Source: Penicillus capitatus
Lineage: Eukaryota; Plantae; Chlorophyta
Direction: 5' to 3'
Length of the DNA: 64,000 nt
Assembly: GCA_965649825.1 (NCBI GenBank)
Contig: OZ287711.1
Coordinates: forward strand, 416,781-480,780
Below are positions 60,864 to 64,000 of this stretch, piece by piece. The notes below the pieces were generated by a model that saw nothing but the letters and a program-made list of their open reading frames with translations, was not told where the DNA came from and ran no database searches. The number at the start of each line of letters is the position of its first letter. Positions within the stretch are counted from its first letter, which is position 1. The translations under genes were made by a program, and so were the position numbers.

Positions 60864-63800
60864 ATGTCCACCAGCGAGATACAGGCTGAACCCAGTATCG
60901 GCAGCGCGGATGGCCATGAAGACGGTAGCGGCGCCGAACTGCCGCCGGAAAGACAAGGCCACAACACTTCGGACGAGAAGAAGCTGAGGGCTCTCATTCG
61001 ACAGAAGAGCGTCGACTGCACGACATCTCTCGTGCGAGTATATAATGGTTCGCCGGCGGGCGAAACGGAAAAACTCCTTCAGCAATGTCTTCGTATCTAC
61101 GGCGAGACGAAAGAGAAGCACGTTAACGCCGACAACGTCATGGAATTCGTAGAGCTTTGCAAGATGAAGCCAAGGACGGAAGACGACAACGAGCTGCTCC
61201 GCGAGGTGGTCTTCTTTCTTAGTGACTTAATTCCCAGCGATAAATTCGCTGACGAAAGAGTCGCAAAGGCGCTGCACAGGTCGTTGCTCTGGACAGCTCC
61301 AGCAATTTTCCAGCAACAGCTTGCAAAACTCGTAGCACTGGCGATTAAGCTTACGACCAGCTTACATCCGACGCCAAGGCTGACGATTACAAACTTTCTT
61401 CAACACGAGGCCATATTCTTGGCGCTTCATGAAGTTTTCGTCCTCATACAAAGGACAACGGGCGAGAAGGTGGCGATGGAAGAGAAGAAGAGTTTCCAGT
61501 CAGGCCTCAGGACGAAGCGCTCGTCGATGGGAGGCTCATGCAGGTATTATCCCGTCCAGTACTACTTCAGACTCATCGAACAGAGCATTCAGCGACTGGA
61601 GCTCGATGAAGAGACTTCTCCGATTTTGAAAGCCGTCCATTGCTTGTATATCACCAGCTGCGTGTTCCTGCATATCTCCTACGTAATGAAACAAATAGTA
61701 AAACTCAATATCAATCCGAGCCAACTGAGAGCACTGCCTGGCATTCTGCAAGAGTTGGTGGCCGGTATAGACGTTGCAGAACGACAGTGGTACGATCTAC
61801 TTCAGGAACTCTGTGTCGCGGGCAGGAAGGCAGTGGACGATCACCGGATGCTTGAGATTTTCGAGGAGAGCTACAAGACCGTGGAAGAATCTGTCTGGAA
61901 GATGCGACTCAATGAAGACAGCAGGGCGTTACTGTTTGGGCTCATGCAGGAGCTCCGTCATCTCGCTTTAGCTCGAGGATCTGCCGAAGTTCGAGCTTCA
62001 GGATCATCTAAGCTCTTTTCCTTGGCGGTTGCCGTTTCGCAAGGCTCGTGGATCAACGACAAACAGATCGTGGAAGCGCTGCTCTGTTGTCTTCATGCCG
62101 TCCATTCGAGAGGCAACGATGCGGCGTCGGCGATGAGATCCTCACAGCAACTGATCGACGCCGTCAAGTCGGGGGCAGTGAAGAAAGCCGTAGAACAATG
62201 GATGGGCGACAAGCCGCTTGACGAGAAGCTCCGCGAGCCGGTCTATGCGTCTTCGGAACCCGCTGGCGATCTCTTCGCTGCGATCGGTCGAGAGTTCAAT
62301 CACATACCATTGCAAGAAGCACGAGCAAACGTCGAACTGTTGAAGAGTCGGTACCGAAGGGACGCCTTCGCCACAGTAAGGTTTTTCACTTTTATAGTAT
62401 TTAGTGTTTACCGAGAGCTTGTGTATTGAAGGTCCCTTCTCTGTTCGACGATCAGTTACGCCTGCACGTGAAGGAAATGGAGCATCACATTGTTTTCTAC
62501 CAGATCCTGGAGGATGAGAAGGAACCATCGAAACGAACAGGCCCGCGTAAGAGCAAGGACGACCAGACCACTGGACGAAGAGTTGCAAACTCGATTGCGC
62601 TGGAGGATCTGTTCAAGAAGAGAGTCGTGAAGGAGGATCGTCCTGCGCAGGATATCCGAACGATTTTGTTTCACGGGAAGCCTGGATCAGGGAAGACATG
62701 CATCGGCAAGTATATCGGGTATATGTGGGCAGGGGGTCAGTTGTTCCAGGAATTCGACGCTGTATACGTCCTGCCTGCAAGAGAGCTCAACAATAAAGAA
62801 GATATCGAAGACGCGTCCAACGAGTTTCTGGCGTTTGTTCTCAGACAGTGTTTCCCCACGGTACGTGCGTCCGATAAAGGGCTGCGCGCTCAAGTGGACG
62901 AGCATCTGGATTACCAGACGACGCTACTTGTCATCGACGGCTGGGATGAAGTGGACGAGAAGGCCGAAGCCATTCTGAACGAAGCAAAGCGCAAGCAATG
63001 CAAAGTCCTCTGGCTGACGCGTCCATACAACCTTCGATCAATGCGCGAACTCACCGATCTCGAAGTGGAGTGCCTGGGATTCAGTGACGAGCAGGTCGAC
63101 AGGTATGTGAAGAAAGAGATGGTTACCAGACACGAGAAAACGGACGCAGAGGCTCAAGGTCTTATGGATGCTCTGAGAGGAACGGCTTCGCTGTGGGAAG
63201 TGGCGCACATCCCAGTGATGACCTACATCCTGTGCTTCCTCTGGGTAGAGGGGGTGAGCCTCAGTCAGCGGAGTCCGGCTGCAATGTATTTCGATATGGT
63301 GAACCACATCTGGGATCTCTTCATAGAGAAGGTGGAGTACCGCAAGGAGAATCCCACTCGTGAAGAGGTCTTTGCGGCTCTTGAGGTCATTGCGTTCGAG
63401 GCGCTGCGCAAAGACCACATCCTTATTGGATTGAGCTTCGTCAACGAACGAGTGTCTTCTCTAAAAGTCAGACAGGTGTTAAGACAGAGTGGATTCCTAC
63501 TGTTCAAAAAGGAAGACGTCGACTACCAATTTCCACATCTGACTTTCCAGGAGTACTTTGCCGAGAGGTGGGTGGCGAAAAGCTTAAAGAATCTCGATTC
63601 ACCAAACGGCGAGACAGCCGTCAACTGTTTGCGAGAAGAGAAGTACCTGAACCGATATCGGAGAACGCTGCAGTTCCTGGCACAGCACATGGCAGAGGCA
63701 GAACAAGGTGACCTCCCCGAGCTGCTGTCATTCTTTGACGACGGACCGATTGAGATCATCGGTCTGCGGCATCTTCTCTTAAAACTGTACATCATCGAAG

Positions 63801-64000
63801 CTTGGCTGATGGGGACAGAAAACGAATCGAAGATCAAAAACTGCTGTAAGTACGAAGCTGTCGCTTCGCTCATCAAGGCTGCCGTTTCGCTGATCAGAGA
63901 CACAGATGTGAACCATGGAGTATTTAGCGAGATTCTGGGACACATGCTTCAGCAATGTCCCTTACTGTTCTCCGCTGTTCCCGAGATCCTCGATCAGCTG
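60864..64000 (+). CDS. Second NACHT-HEAT NLR-like gene (exon 1 60864-62375, exon 2 62432 to beyond window)
   Basis: Colinear with the first copy: GKPGSGKT, LLVIDGWDE, FPHLTFQEYFA, same intron position (56 bp). No stop seen in exon 2 where I read it. Confidence 0.92.

Larger units (their letters stand above)
57640..64000 (+). repeat. Segmental duplicate of about 43740-48384 (GTPase 3' end, spacer, NACHT gene)
   Basis: Continuous colinear similarity apart from the 58827-60503 insertion. Confidence 0.92.

Noticed and set aside
45249-64000. Bacterial contaminant or prokaryotic Avs defence island
   Set aside because: Both NACHT genes carry a conserved spliceosomal intron and are interleaved with eukaryotic retroelements.
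1-64000. rRNA, tRNA or structured ncRNA genes
   Set aside because: No cloverleaf or rRNA-like segment was recognised. The only tRNA-like string is the short PBS candidate at 57363-57376.

Overview
Eukaryotic nuclear DNA from a plastid-bearing green-lineage organism, probably a chlorophyte alga. Support: an HCF107/Mbb1-type HAT protein, an SnRK2-type kinase, cytosolic RPS4, standard genetic code, and very short (about 46-60 bp) mostly GT-AG introns. The window has three parts. (1) 1-12 kb: a P450, a PLAC8 protein and F-box-LRR genes. (2) About 12-21.5 kb: a GC-rich, very compact housekeeping block (frameshifted second P450, kinase, Nup155-like, HCF107-like, RPS4). (3) 22-64 kb: an immunity-like accessory cluster of F-box-LRR paralogs, AIG1/septin-like GTPases with a hydrophobic-tipped C-terminal arm, a secreted Cys-rich ankyrin protein missed by the ORF track, and two NACHT-HEAT (NLR-like) genes. 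Overlapping duplications (F-box-LRR+GTPase twice, GTPase+NACHT twice) link these families into a recurring module, which is the best candidate for an undescribed system; its function is inferred, not shown. Between the NACHT copies lies a dead Ty3/Gypsy element with four unrelated solo-LTR-like inserts in or beside it, each with its own target-site duplication (TSD). An ORF1-only LINE-like insert with a 15-bp TSD sits upstream of the second NACHT gene. Exon boundaries were read by eye, and no database searches were run.
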